A stretch of 64,000 bases of DNA, from positions 152,297 through 216,296 of the IMG/VR virus record IMGVR_UViG_3300037245_003526. The stretch is one strand, 5' to 3'. This document shows positions 63,461-64,000 of this stretch, piece after piece. A program made the translations under genes and the position numbers. The stretch's first letter is position 1. Every line of letters begins with the position of its first letter. Origin of the DNA: a virus. The notes under the pieces are model-generated. The model did no database searches and was not told the DNA's origin. It was given only the letters and a program-made list of their open reading frames with translations.

Positions 63461-64000
63461 ATGGGAAATCCTGTTCCTACACAAATTAGGACCGTCGATC
63501 CTTATTCTAGTTTTGAATCTGATAATGTCAATAAAATAAACAGAATGATAACCTCTGGAGATGACTGTTTAGTATATCCAAACCTTCCATATGTAGAAAT
63601 TATCACTTCTAATACAATCAAGGTACATGGTGGAAATTACGTTAAAGACGATGTTTTGATTGAAACTGAAGATCTTGCTATTGATATGAACGATGGTGAT
63701 TATTATTTAACTGGTTCTGCCTGGGCATCCTCAGGAACATATTATGTAGTTTTAAAATATACATATCAAATAACATCCCCTGTTCCATCTGCACAAATTC
63801 AAATCATCCATCCAAGTGGAAGAGCAGCATTTGATGCAGATCCATCACCTTACGTATTTATTAATGCATTAACTGTAGATACTACTTCAGGTCTAGAAGT
63901 AACAGCTATTCTTAGTACAGATCCTGATTATCCAACAACAGCAAAAAGAACTATTAGAGGCGGTGGAGCAGGAGTTGTAAATACAGAAATATATACATCT
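63461..64000 (+). CDS. hypothetical protein, 5' partial at the window end (possibly a tail-fibre-like structural protein)
   Basis: RBS GGAGAGTAAATAATG; the ORF runs to the edge of the window. Confidence 0.3.
   Translation, partial: MGNPVPTQIRTVDPYSSFESDNVNKINRMITSGDDCLVYPNLPYVEIITSNTIKVHGGNYVKDDVLIETEDLAIDMNDGDYYLTGSAWASSGTYYVVLKYTYQITSPVPSAQIQIIHPSGRAAFDADPSPYVFINALTVDTTSGLEVTAILSTDPDYPTTAKRTIRGGGAGVVNTEIYTS

Noticed and set aside
1-64000. CRISPR arrays, integrase/attachment sites, transposases
   Set aside because: No regularly spaced direct repeats, tyrosine/serine recombinase motifs or IS-like transposase ORFs were found. The element appears to be a lytic phage segment, not a prophage boundary.

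Overview
The window is an AT-rich (roughly 28-32% GC) segment of a large virulent tailed-phage genome. Genes are densely packed, mostly on the + strand, with AGGAG-type ribosome-binding sites and many rho-independent terminators.

What I can support from the sequence:
- About 22 tRNA or tRNA-like genes, in clusters at 4.2-7.8 kb, 11.9 kb, 15.3-15.5 kb, 17.3-20.5 kb and 23.6-26.6 kb. They are interleaved with an HNH endonuclease and two small structured elements flanked by inverted repeats. Several tRNAs are unusual: the anticodons are those of class-I amino acids (CAT, TCC, TTT, GCA), but the tRNAs carry long class-II variable arms. One tRNA has anticodon CTA, which would read UAG (a putative amber suppressor).
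- Auxiliary metabolism and host takeover: nicotinamide phosphoribosyltransferase (NAMPT), a radical SAM protein, OPRT-like, PyrF and PyrD-like pyrimidine enzymes, a HAD nucleotidase, P-loop kinases, two MazG pyrophosphohydrolases, ribosomal protein bS21, GroES and a PTH2-like peptidyl-tRNA hydrolase.
- A likely DNA-hypermodification module: QueE, a DpdA-like TGT-family transglycosylase, a thymidylate-synthase-fold dNMP hydroxymethylase, an HD hydrolase, an LmbE deacetylase, a cytidylyl/adenylyltransferase and glycosyltransferases.
- Replication: a family-B DNA polymerase, a DnaB-like helicase and RNase H.
- Morphogenesis: portal, protease, scaffold and major capsid protein, plus tail-fibre paralogues.
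- A seven-member tandem-expanded family of small proteins with DnaJ-type CxxCxGxG zinc fingers.
- A CPBP (CAAX/Abi) intramembrane protease with an adjacent small Cys-rich peptide.

The most striking feature is a minus-strand island of about 6.8 kb (roughly 26.6-33.4 kb) with markedly higher GC (about 42-45%). It sits directly beside the CTA tRNA and is bracketed by terminators. It encodes a full-length Major Vault Protein homologue (936 aa), a CaCA-type cation/Ca2+ exchanger, two TerD proteins, a TerB protein and a tandem-TerB protein. I read this as a phage-borne, probably Ca2+-themed Ter/vault-like module; I am not aware of this combination being described.

Coordinates of features I called by hand (tRNAs, small ORFs, motifs) may be off by 1-2 nt, because my manual indexing disagreed with the ORF track by 1 nt in at least one place.
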